NCBI GenBank assembly: GCA_964016885.1
Contig: OZ024747.1
Location: 36,270,001-36,334,000, forward strand
Reading direction: 5' to 3'
DNA length: 64,000 nucleotides
From: Eledone cirrhosa
Taxonomy: Eukaryota
The notes beneath the pieces were generated by a model. The model was not told the origin of the DNA. It ran no database searches and was given only the letters and a program-made list of their open reading frames with translations. How positions within the stretch are numbered: position 1 is the first letter of the stretch; each line of letters starts with the position of its first letter. The translations under genes were made by a program, and so were the position numbers. Of the stretch, positions 28,967-41,500 are shown piece by piece.

Positions 28967-30192
28967 ATCTCTCTCTCTCTATATATAAAGAGATAGCGAG
29001 GAAACAGAGATAGATGTATGATAGATGTATGAGCGCGGGTGTGTATACATGTGTATGTGTGTTTGTGTGATTAACTGTGTGTTGCTAGCCTTATATATAT
29101 TTCCGATATGAAAATTTCACATCTTTTCTTTCCCTTTCCACTGTCTTAAATCACATTTTATGTACGTTACATTACGCTTGTTTCTCTTGCTTCCTCTATT
29201 TTGGTTTCACAAATTATCAGAGATATATATCACATCAAATTTGTTCATTCCACACTGCACTCGTTATAGTCACATTATTTACACATCTGCTCATTAAATT
29301 CATATTTCGTTTCTCATTATTTTCATTATTTCGACTACTGCCGAATACGTAGGTTAGTATTAACATTTATTAAAACAATCTTCATCCCTCGTATTGCTTG
29401 GTGTTTTTTTAGTGTCCATTCCTTTTCTTCTTCTACTGTGTACCATCTATTGAAACTCGAGAGAAGCCCTGCTTTACTTGCCAGAATATGTCTTACAGTC
29501 TAAGTGAACATTTTCCCTGATATTACCCACATTTTTGTGTCAAAGATTTGTGATGGAAAAGTTGAATGACCAGCAATATTACATAACAACGTCTATCTAT
29601 ACATTCGCAAGAGTCCAAATAATACGTGTGGTCTATGGCCATTGATGACCACGTGGGTAAAGATTATCGACCAAGACAAATAGCACTAATCCATCGTTTA
29701 AGTAGAAACACCGAGTTACAGAAATGTAGCATGTGAGCTGTCTATTTTATGGTTTTATATATTAAGCTAAGCTATTATTTAGACAAAATTCGAAGGTCAT
29801 CTTACGATTTCTTATGGTCGGATTATTACTTCATGTTACTTGTCCGACGTTTGGATATATTGCCGACTATATCTATTTATCGACCCAATCATGCCTGTAT
29901 ATAACATCATACTAGGGAAAAGATCTGCATTTGATGTCAGTATCTTCTACCCTAGCAACAAGAGCAACATCAACATATGCAAGGACAATGTTCAGAGTAG
30001 AAATAGCAACAAACCAAATGGCGGGTGAGTAAATATCAGAGAAAAGAGAAATTCTGGCAATCAAGGGCATGATAGCAGTCTGACTTAACTCCACGTTACA
30101 AGAAGTTTCAAAACGTAACCAGTTTTATGTTATAAAACCAAATGTAACACGGGGTTAAATCAAAATGTCTCTAAACAGAACACACACGCGCA

Positions 30193-30251
<59 letters not shown>

Positions 30252-30494
30252 CATATCAAATATTGATAGATATAATATAAATAGATAGGCTCCCATAAGA
30301 AGTGAAATGCATATATCATAGCCCTTTGGATACAGTTTGAAATATAATAATAGGTATGAGAAATATAATTACCAATCATATGGATGTATATTAATACTCT
30401 ATAATTTTCACTGTTGAACACGCAAGTCGCGTAATTATTTTTCCTTATGTTACATTCTACATTTATATATATTGTTATCTGTGCCTAATTTTTC

Positions 30495-30522
30495 TCGTCA
30501 TTATCATCATCCTCATCATGAA

Positions 30523-30564
<42 letters not shown>

Positions 30565-30640
30565 ACACTTCATCACCACCATCGTCATCATCATCATCAT
30601 CATCATCATCCCCATCGGCATTATTGTCATCATCATCAAT
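30495..30640. repeat. (CAT)n microsatellite
   Basis: Direct reading; explains the poly-His and poly-Met ORFs. Confidence 0.95.
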
Positions 30641-31119
30641 TTAAAAATCACCATCATTATTATCGTTATGATATGAATATGATAAATTCCATTTATCTTC
30701 ATCATGAGTTGCCATGAACATACAATTTAATAATACTTCTATTCTTATGTTTACTCTTTAACACTCAATATGTACTCTAGAGTAATTTTTATTATTTTCG
30801 TTTACAATACTTTTCTATTTTGGTATTTTGTTCGGGGGGGGGGGGTCGGACATGGTGGTGGACATCTGTTCGCACTCTCCCTATTCTAGAATTTATTTTC
30901 TTATATTTTTTATATTTTAACTCGATTTTATTGTAAGCTCCCACTGTCTCTGTCTTTGAATTGCCCTTTATATGTCGACCTTTGTAGCCAATAAATGAAA
31001 ATATTATTATTACATGCCACAGAGTCTCGCTTTACCTTTTATCCCTACGGAGTCGATAAAATAAAGCACCAGGAGCGTAATTGGGTCGATTTAATCGACT
31101 TTACAGTCCACCCAAATTA

Positions 31120-34100
31120 CTCGCTTTACATTATCTTGCTTTATGTTCATACGAGTTATCACCAAGTCACAACCATTGACCTCAAGAGACAACAAGGTCC
31201 GCCATGTTCAAGAAAGAACATACATACACACACATGCATCTTTAGGTGTTTAGACTGGTGATGTACTTATATTGACAGAATCTTCCTTAGTATATGGGTA
31301 GTTCCCATTAGTACTATCTTTTGTATTTCTCCTATACGAAGTTTTCCTGGGATTTGAGATAAGTAAACATTAGACCCCTTAAGTATCATTCCTAGAGTGC
31401 CTACAACCACAGGTATTGTTTTAGTTCTCAACTTACACAGTTCTTCAATTTCTATCTCCAAATATTTATACTTGCTCGAATTTTCAAATGTTTTTATCGA
31501 TACATTCTTATCTATTGGAACGGACATATCAATTAGCAGGCATACCCCCTTTTTAAAAAATCCTTCAGTATTATATCAGGTCTATTTGCATCTATTTTTC
31601 GGTCTGTTTGGATGCTAAAGTTCCACAAGATTGAAATGTGATCTTTTTCAAGTATGGGAGGTGGTTGATGCTCCCACCAATTCTTTTGATGTGGCAGTTT
31701 AAAATGCTTACACATTATCAAATGTATGTATTGTGCAGCTCTGTCATGCCTGTTTAGGTATTCGGTTGGAGCTATAGGACTGCACATTGAAATTATATGG
31801 TCAATGGTCTCTGGTTTTTTTTTACATACGATGCATAATGGGTTGGATCCATTTCTTATTATGTTGGCTTGATACATTTTTGTTGGCAGACACTGACCTT
31901 GTGTTGATATAATCAGTCCTTCAGCCTCCGATTTCGGTCCAGAGGATGCCAGCCACAGGATTGTTAGCTCTTTCTGGGTATTTTCCATACAGAGGCTTTT
32001 CTTGCCATTTCTTAGCCAGTTTCTTTGCAGTTCTTTCTTTGCAGTTACTTTTGACTGCTTTGCTTTTCCTGTGTATTTCATTTCAGCAGTAATTGGAACT
32101 TCTGAAATTTGTATTACATTACTGTATCTTTGTGCATCGTTTGTAATGGAGTATCATCTTTTGATGCTTTCATGTTTCAAAACGAGTTTGATCGTCAATT
32201 ATGTGATTCCCTTAGATATGTAGATAATCCAATTGTTCCAGTTTTCAAAGCAATATCTAACTGGATTAATCCATATCCTCCTTCTTTCCTTGCAAGATAT
32301 ATTCCCTCTGTATCTGTCTTAGGGTGAGGCATTCTGTGCATGGTTAAGAATGTTCTAATGTTTGTATCGAGCCTACGGATCTCTGTGCTTGACCAGTTGA
32401 TGATATTGAAACTGTAGGTTACTTCTACTATGGCAAGATTGTTTATGGCATCGATCCTATTCCTTGCATTCAATTCCGTTCTTAAGATTGCTCTTACTCT
32501 GAGGTAACATTCCTTCCTTATCCTTTCCCTCATTGTTGAGTGCTTGATTCCGTATCCTTCACAAACACTTAGATATCTGTAAGATTCCGCTTGACCAAGT
32601 TCTCTTATCTCATTCCCCCGATCAAGATTAATGTCTGAAATACTCAGCAGCTTACCCCTGGTGAACGTGGCTTTGGCGGATTTGTCTAGTCGGAACTCCA
32701 TTTTAATGTCATCACTGAACTGCTTCACAGTGGATGATAGACCTTGTAATTTCTCATCATTTTTTTGAAAATAATTTCATGTCACCCATGTAGAACAAGT
32801 GATTAATGGTTTTGTCATAGACTTTATATCCATGTTTTGTTTCATTGAGCATTTTACTTAATGGTATAATTGCGATGCAGAATTAAAGCGGTGATAAAGT
32901 GTCACCCTGAAAAATTCCACAATTAATATTAACTTCTCCAGCTTCGAGTGATTTTTTCCCTAATTTAAAGGAGTTTCGTTTTCCATGTCTTCATACTAAA
33001 TGACAGGAACTTCCCAACAAGGGATATTCTGAAAATCTCTAAACACTTTTCATCCAACTGTGTGGCAAACTATCGAATGCTTTTTTATAATCTATCCAAA
33101 CAATTGATTGAGTTTGTGTCTATTATGACAATCTTCTAGTATGAGTTTGTTAACCAAAAACTGATTCTTACAGCCATATGAGCCTCGTTTACACCATTTC
33201 TGCTTATTGGGAAATAGATAATTTGTTATCAGGTGATACTATGTATATTCAGTTAGGACTGATGTTGAAATGTTATACATTGTGGTCAAGCAAGTTATCG
33301 GTCTGGGATTTTGGGGATTGTTTGTCTCATCATTCTTCGGAAGTAGGAATTTAATTCCGTTAACTAGCCATGATGGTATCTTTCCTGCCTCCTTAACCAT
33401 TGTAAAGTTGGGCTAACTGCTCATGAGATTCTGTGAAGCTATTTATCTAAAAATTAGGTATTTTGTCTTTCCCTGGGGATATCCATTTGCTGGATTTTCT
33501 AAGAGGTAAACTGTTATATTTTCTCATGTTTGCTCCTCAAGGTGAGCTGTATCTTTAATTTCTCTAAGTATCCATGGGGCATGTATATTATGAACTCTTT
33601 CTTCGGCCCAGATCTTTTCCAAAAATTCTTGCACTTCCTCCTTGGGTGGTATTGATTTAACAGTTATTGTTGACTTGCCAATTTCTCTGTAGAAGTTTAT
33701 TTGGTTGTTTTTGAACATATTGTTGTCCTTATAGAATCAAGATCGTTTTTCAAAGCGCCTTATACGAGCAGCTAGACCGACACTTTTTACTTGATTGTTT
33801 CTATCGCAATTTTATAAGTTTAGTTTGGTTAACATGTTCACCTACTTTGTAGTTTGTTAACATTTCTGTCAGATCGGAAAAGGTTTATTTGCCAAGTAGG
33901 TTTTTAGTGGGGATTCCTTTGTTTTTTTCATTTTCACTCCACCTGCCAGCCACACCCTTGTCGCTGCGGTTTCACCGTGGACTGTTTCGGTCTCCACCCG
34001 CTTTCCTGTCGTCACAGTACCGGCCGCATTCCACGCCATGCTTCCCTCAACGAGGTCATTAAGCATGGCTTGGATGCTGCAGGCTTTCTCTCCCAGCTCA

Positions 34101-35342
34101 AGCCGGTGGGGCTGGATCGAGGGGACGGCAAAAGGCCAGATGGCATGACCATCTTCCCGTTCCGCGGTGGAAAACAACTCTTCTGGGATGCCACTTGCAC
34201 CGGCACAATCTGCAGCCGCAACCTGGTGCAGTGTGCAACTGCTCCAGGGTCTACTGCACGTCAGGCTGATGGGGCCAAACTCCTCAAATACCGGTCGCTC
34301 TCCGACAGGTTCGTGGTCGTACTCCTGGCAGTGTAGACTTCTGGTGTCCTCGGCCCCACGGCTACCTCCTTACTCACCACCATAGGTGCTGAACTGGCCA
34401 GCCGCAGGTGTGAGCCCAGCGAATTAGGGTGGCTCCTCCAGCGCGTCTCCTTCGCCGTCCTCCGGGGAACCGCCTTCTGCATTCTGTCTGCCGGGGCAGT
34501 GGGTGGGCCCCATCGCGTACTGTTGTAGTTGTTGTAGAAGAAACAGGAAGATAACAACTAAACTAAAACTTTACATTGTATCTATTTCATATATTTGACA
34601 TGCCTGACAAACACATTTCTACTGTGTATCCAAAGTAAAACTACGAATGAGTGGTGAGTTTAGCTGATGCATAATAGAGATGATTTAGATCAGTAATGTT
34701 TAGTTTATTTGTGATGATAATGTTTTTGAGAGTTATGTTAGTCTTGTGTTTTGTTTGGAGTTATGGATCTTAGGGAGAGTGTCTCGTTCCCCCATGTCAG
34801 ATTGTTTCATTTTCATCCATTCGATCATAATTACATTCTTCAAGTTGGCAAGTTCATTCTCATTCATTTCTTTATCATTGACGATCTCATTGTTTTCATT
34901 TTGAGTGTCATCTTGAGCATGCACTCCTTCCACTTTTTCGATCCTTTCTTTAATTTGTTCTGCTGTCAGTGAATCTGCCCCAACCCTGGGATTCGAAGTG
35001 TTACAATTTACCTCGTTCTCACTGACACATGTTTCATATTTCTTGGTATATTGGATAGTTTGTTACTGTCAACATAGCCACTGTTTTCGGGATGTTTCAT
35101 TTTCCAGTTGTTATATGTCTGTTCTGTATTCGATCTATTTGATGGGTAGTACATGGCAGTGTAGAAAGCCTCAAGGACTCCTTTATTGTCTTGCCTTGAC
35201 TATTTTTCACTCTTTTTGTTTGGATTTCTTGGTGGTGAGCATGGAGGGCCAACAGTAGGAGTATTCCGGTTTTGGGAGGTCTCCAGCTCCAAAGAGATGG
35301 GAAGGTTTGAACCATCAGCTGATTTTTCGACCTCAGTCTGGT
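31120..35342 (-). mobile_element. R4/Dong-type family B copy, more diverged, truncated near the ORF start, with a nested insertion
   Basis: Collinear with 43640-47170; 5' junction abuts (TTA)n at 35342-35370. Confidence 0.93.
33942..34640 (+). mobile_element. 3' fragment of a CRE-like RLE retrotransposon nested in family B
   Basis: HPCRCG..GLHPLSC..RHASLN..DGKRPDGMTIFPFRGGKQLFWDATC (CCHC plus RLE); GC-rich; host element resumes almost contiguously. Confidence 0.8.
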
Positions 35343-35370
35343 TATTATTATTATTATTATTATTATTATT

Positions 35371-35546
35371 GAATGCCATGGTTGACGGAGTCTCGGCTCT
35401 GTAAGGTATAGTAAATTTTAACCGCTATAACAATTGTAAATTGTTTAACACTTTAACCAAATTGTAGATAAAAAACACCCTCCTCCTTGTGAGAGGGGTC
35501 TTTCTGCCAGTTATTTGGCCCTTCGGGGTTAAATAAACGCTTATTG
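35371..35546 (+). mobile_element. Short 3' end of an unidentified LINE
   Basis: Starts after (TTA)n and ends with hairpin GGCCCTTCGGGGTT plus AATAAA and TTATT. Confidence 0.45.
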
Positions 35547-35699
35547 GGTTTTGGGCCCAATATTCATTTTAAACCACAAAAAACATGAATACAAAAAATA
35601 ATGTTCACAAGTCACTCCCACTCATTCCGTCTTCTTATTCCTCAATCGTCACTACATCAGAGTGAAGATTGTCTCTCTCCCTCCTTTCTCTAAATGTGT

Positions 35700-36484
35700 C
35701 TCTCTCCATCCCTTCTCTATGGACACATTCCAGAAATCCCTGGCCTGGCAGTGCTACCGAGGAGCTTTGTCAGTTCGGGATAAACTCTACAGGCATCGAG
35801 GTGCCGTCAGCCGGGCATGTCCGAGATGCGCGCAGGGCGACGAAACCGTCCTGCACGCACTCGTCCAGTGTCCGAGCATTGCTGACTTGTGGGTTTATGT
35901 CAAACACCTGCTGTCGCGTGTAGGACGGATCCAGCTATCAGCTGGGTCCATCGTGAAGATTGCCCCGCCCTCTTCCTTTAGCCGGGAAGCGCAGGCAGTT
36001 TTTATCTGTCTGGTGGCCATGACGAAAGAGATAGTATGGTGGACAAGTTTGAAAGGGCTGAAGACGAGCACTACCTCTTCGGTGATGCCCTGATTAACTT
36101 TTTCAAATTTCATTTAAAAAGGAAAATCAGGGTAGAAAGGGAAGTGCTCTCTTCCCAGCATTTTGTTGAAAGATGGGTGAGAGAGGCAAGAATGGCCCGA
36201 GTGAATGGGCCTACTCTGAGTATGTGTCTGTAAATTAAAGGTGGAAAACTGGGAGAGGGCACTTGCCCTGGTGGTCAGGGTCACTGTGGCTTTTTAATGG
36301 GCTTTCTCCACGAATGTCCCTCGGAAGTCTCCCCCCTATTGGGGAATGTTTTCATTGTTCTATTATTACATCCTCTGTTTCTTGTTTTTTACACGCGGAA
36401 ATGCCCATTTGTAACCCCCTGTATTGTCCTGTACTGTCCTTAATGTCTACTTTATGTAGATCCTTGTAGTTAATAAAGAAAGCA

Positions 36485-36579
<95 letters not shown>

Positions 36580-36580
36580 G
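35700..36580 (+). mobile_element. Tx1/L1-clade LINE 3' fragment (zf-RVT) with TTA/TTG tail
   Basis: AWQCYRGALSVRDKL..CPRCAQGDETVLHALVQC..LW, a 3' UTR, AATAAA, then (TTA)n(TTG)n. Confidence 0.8.
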
Positions 36581-37751
36581 CTGTCGTTTATTGTTGTCTC
36601 CATTATCCTCATCATTAATTTTATATTGAATCAAATTTTATATGTTGATACAACTTTGTACACGTGATCGATTTCATTAAAAATATATATGTTATTCTCT
36701 TGCCGTAGATAACAAGAGAAATAAGACAATTATACAAGCTTCGAAACTGAAACTTTATAGAATCAATACTTTATTTTATATAGCAACTTATCACAATAAT
36801 CTTGACTTGTTTCACATCATTCAATGAAAAATTGCTACTGAATGGAAGCTACCATAAATAAAGTTAAATTACATGGAGAGATTCCGAATAGATTATCTGA
36901 CAATTCACGTTGATATAGATCAGTATCTAAATTGTTTTCGTGTATTTTACTATAGTGATTGTTCAATGGAGGTGATTTTGTATACGTGTATATTTTCCGG
37001 ATTGACGTATTTTCTGTTGTTTTTCACAGCGTAAAAAACACTTAAAAATGCAGAAAAATAATCACACATGTATCTTAGTCTATTTCTATTTTTAACATAT
37101 CAAAATTTCATGTTTTATTCGAATCTGTCTACATTCGAATAAACCATGTAATTCATGGTTTAAAATCATGTCGTCGACCAGTCATTTCTTTTACATTGCT
37201 ATAACAGGTATACACTCCCGTGTGTCTCAATACATTAGATTCAAATGTATTTTCCTGTTATCCACTCTTCGTATTCTGTTTATCAGCAATTGCTTTCAAA
37301 CATATTAATCTGCACTGCTAACAATCATCTTAAAAACTGTTTATTTTACAATAGTCATTAGTAATGATTACAATGTTTCTATCAGTTTTAATCTCATCTT
37401 TTTTCATTATCATTTAGTACCGCAATAGGTATTATTCGCTACAAGATGGCGTAGGACAGAACAAAGGAGAGGCACAAAAACAAAGAAAATAATCCCCAGT
37501 CACTGAATAGGTCACATAATGTGTGACGAAAGAACTTTGACAATATATAAACACTCATCTGGTTGTGGAACCAACCAACCAACCAGAAATTTATAAATTC
37601 CATAATTTATTAATTTATTATAATAAATTGAAGTGAAAGCAACTGGTGCGTGTGTTTCTTATTGGCAACATGACCCTCCCAAAGTATAACAATATCGGTT
37701 TCAACACACGTTTTCAGATAAAGAATCTTGCTAAACAAATTCAGAAACGAA

Positions 37752-37782
<31 letters not shown>

Positions 37783-37788
37783 TGATAA

Positions 37789-37859
<71 letters not shown>

Positions 37860-38500
37860 GGGAAGAAGACGCACGAGGTGACGGAGGTCATGAAATCGCT
37901 CCCGTAAGTTTTGAATTTTTAACATATTTAAATCATTTGTGAAATAACAACTCTTAGTACAAATGCTACGTAAAGCACCCGGCTTGAGCCCCAAAAAAAT
38001 TCGGACCCAAAATATATTGTTATAAGGCTCAAATATTCAAATATTCAACTTTGTATTGTACACTGTATATCCAAAAAAAAATGGCTATAAATGGAAGAAG
38101 AAGAACCCCCCCCCCCTCCTCTCCTCTGGCTACACTATATAGGACAGCTAAACTCACCAACACCAGAAACTAGATACACCACCCACCCCATCATCTGTGT
38201 ACACTAAACACAACAGCATTTTCACCTTCACCGCCACCGCTCACTACGGCCATCATTACCACCACTATCCCATCACCGCCGCCACCACCCCTTGACTCCT
38301 TCACTGCTGCTGCCACCGCTACAGCACCATCACTACAGTAATACGGTCGCATCACCGCCACCACTGCCTCGGTATCGACATCACCACCACCACTGTCTCA
38401 GTATCGCCAACGCCGCCAGTCTCTGCTGGCTGCCACTTCCACATTATAGAATTCCTACTACTAACAAAGAGGAAGGCATCAAAATATATAGATAGACTCA
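37860..38500 (+). other. Module X copy 1 (shared 5' module; other copies 42416-43400 and 47202-48180)
   Basis: All three begin GGGAAGAAGACGCACG...AAATCGCTCCCGTAAGT directly after a TAA tract. Confidence 0.85.
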
Positions 38501-41500
38501 AAAGAAAAAAGAAAAAACAAACAACAAAAGCAGCACAGCAACAACAGCAAAAAACGAGAAAAACAAACAGAGAAAAACAAAAACAAAAAAAGACACCCCA
38601 AAAACGTAAAGAAAATAAGAATGAAGAGAGAAGCAGGCGGACGGACAGAGAAGAGGGGGGAAAAAGTAAAACTTAAAAAACAAAAACTAAGTCAGACATT
38701 CGAATACTACATTACAATGAAACTTATGCTTATTCATTTTTGGGGCCCTTTCTGCCCGTGTGTTTGTTTGTTTATGTGTGTCCGTATACAGCGTGGTGAT
38801 AATGCCACACAAGGGCCAAGTGGGATGGCGGATCCACAGATGGCTATGTAAACATACATTCGCCAATCCTCGATAAGAGTGTTTAAATATCGAACATAAA
38901 CAGTTCGAATAACGGTGAAATGGAGACTAGAACGTCATGTGACAGACTCTCACCCAACAGGTGCCCCCTGGCTCAGCAGCAGGAACCTGACTGTCAACCA
39001 AATACTGCTGATGTTGGAGTAAGAAGAAGAAGGAAAGGGGCCAGAACCAACTGGACGAAAGAATTGAATAGAACTGTTATGCAATGCTACCTGAAAAGTA
39101 ACCCCAAGGAGAGGGGCTACAGGAGACGGATGCATAACATCTGGAACGAGATTGGTTTATTTAAATTAGATGAACAAAAATTGGCCGGGCAGGCTCGGGT
39201 AATAAGAACTAATGGATGGATAAGCGAGCTGGAACTGGAGGAACTGAGCAGAGAGAATGGCTTGGAGATGGCGGGTGTAGTATGCCAGACAAGCGAGCCA
39301 GTGGGAAATGAAGGTGAAGAGGTCCTGAGAACGGAGGAACCACCCGAAGCAGACAATGATCTGAATACTGAGATAAATAATACCTGGAACAGAGATACGG
39401 CCACTGAGGAGATGAATGCTGACGGGCTAGGACAAGATTCGGTTGACATCCTAAATTTAGTGGTAGATGAATTGAACAATGATAGTGGGAGACCTATGAA
39501 CCTAAGATTTGTAGACAGGAAAAAGTTAAAAGAAACAACAGCTAAGGTAAACAAAGTCATCCCATACCTTGAGGCGAGGAGCCTTCACCAGTGCAACAAT
39601 ATCCTCAAAGCAACAGCAAATACGGTGAGGAAACTACTTGGTATAAAAGTGAGAGGAAACAACAGACAAGAAAGAGCAGAGCCGTGGTGGAAGAGGCGAC
39701 TGAGTGGGCAAATCGGGGAAATGAGAAATGACATAGGAAAGCTTGAGTCACTACTGAATGGGACACTAAAAAACATAGGCACTAAAAATAGACTGGAAAT
39801 AAAATACAAAACTAGGAGGAAAAAGCTAAATATTATCATAGAGGAACTGAAGCAACGCATTGTAGCAAAGAGTGCAAAAATCAGGCGATACGAGAACAGA
39901 GTCAGTCAGTATAAACAGAACCGCATGTTCGACAACAACCAGAAGATGCTGTTTGGACAGCTTGAGGGGAAAGAAAGAGGCAACGACTTGATCCCTGGGG
40001 CGGAGCAAACTAAAACATTCTGGAGAGGAATATGGGAGCAGGATGTTAGACACAATGCCCAGGCAGGGTGGATTGAGACAGTACAGAGGGAGATCGGTGA
40101 GCAGGCACAACAACAAACTGATTTGAGTATCACAGTTGAAACTCTTAAGGGGCAGGCAAAAAAACTAACCAACTGGAAATCACCAGGCCCAGATGGTGTG
40201 CAGGGGTATTGGATTAAACATTTAACATCCCTCCACCCGAAGCTGGCGGCCATGTTCAATGACTGCTTGGTGTCGGGTGAGGTGCCAGAGTGGTTGACAA
40301 AAGTTACCACAGTTCTGATAATGAAAGACCGAATCAAGGGTAATGATGTTACCAACTATAGACCTATCACATGTCTGTCCGTAATGTGGAAACTGTTGAC
40401 GAGCATTGTGTCTGAGGAAATCTACCATCACCTCCACACAAACAACTTGTTACCGGACGAACAGAAAGGATGCCGAAAGAAGTCACGTGGTACAAAGGAC
40501 CAGTTACTTATTGATAAGATGGTAATGGGGAATTGCAGGAGGAGACACACTGATCTTGCCATGGGATGGATAGACTACAGAAAGGCATTTGACATGGTGC
40601 CTCATTCCTGGATCACCAAAAGCCTGGAGATCTTCAGGGTGGCAGATAACATCAGACAGTTGCTGGGCAGGAGTATGGGATCCTGGGAGACAGAGTTGAC
40701 ATCAACTGGAGTATCCTTGGGAAGCGTGAAGATGAAGAGAGGTATCTTCCAGGGAGATAGCCTCTCCCCTCTGTTGTTTGTCCTTGCCCTGATGCCCTTG
40801 ACCATTATGCTGCGAAAAGTGAGAGCAGGATACAAGTTGGGAAGGGGAGAGCTTACCATCAATCACCTCCTTTTCATGGACGATCTTAAGCTCTTCGGGA
40901 AAAGTGAGAAGGAGTTGGATGTGCTTGTTGACACTGTCCGTATTTTCAGCAGTGATATATGTATGCAGTTTGGTATTGGTAAATGTGGAGTCATTGTGAT
41001 GAAGAGGGGTAGGTTGAGCAGAAGTAACGGGATCCAGATACCAACAGGTGAGATGATAAAGGAAATTGACTCTGAGGAAGGATACAAGTATTTGGGCGTT
41101 CTGGAGGCTGATGGCATAAAGAACAAAAAAATGAAGGAATTGTTAAGAACTGAATATATTCGAAGAGTAAGGAGCGTATTGAAGTCACATCTGAACAGCA
41201 GAAATGCCATAAGCGCAGTAAATTCCCGAGCAGTGTCTATTAATAGGTACAGTGCGGGAATTCTGAGATGGAATGTTGCTGAACAAAAAGAAATGGATAG
41301 GAAGACTAGGAAGCTATTGACTATCTACAACATGTTCCACAAGAGGAGTGATGTCGATAGACTCTACCTAAGGAGATCTGAGGGTGGAAGAGGTCTTATC
41401 AGCATAGAGGACTGTGTTCAGATGGAGAAGAACAACCTATACAAATACGTGACCTATAGTAAGGAGCCAACTGTACTGAAGGAGGGGACAGTAGGCCAGG

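Noticed and set aside
29915-30030. Possible + strand exon ending GG/GTGAGT
   Set aside because: No polypyrimidine tract and no recognisable protein; RNA-seq would be needed.
38860-38920. HDV-like ribozyme in the family A leader (TCCTCG)
   Set aside because: P1, P3 and J4/2 could not be assembled; kept only as a generic structured leader.
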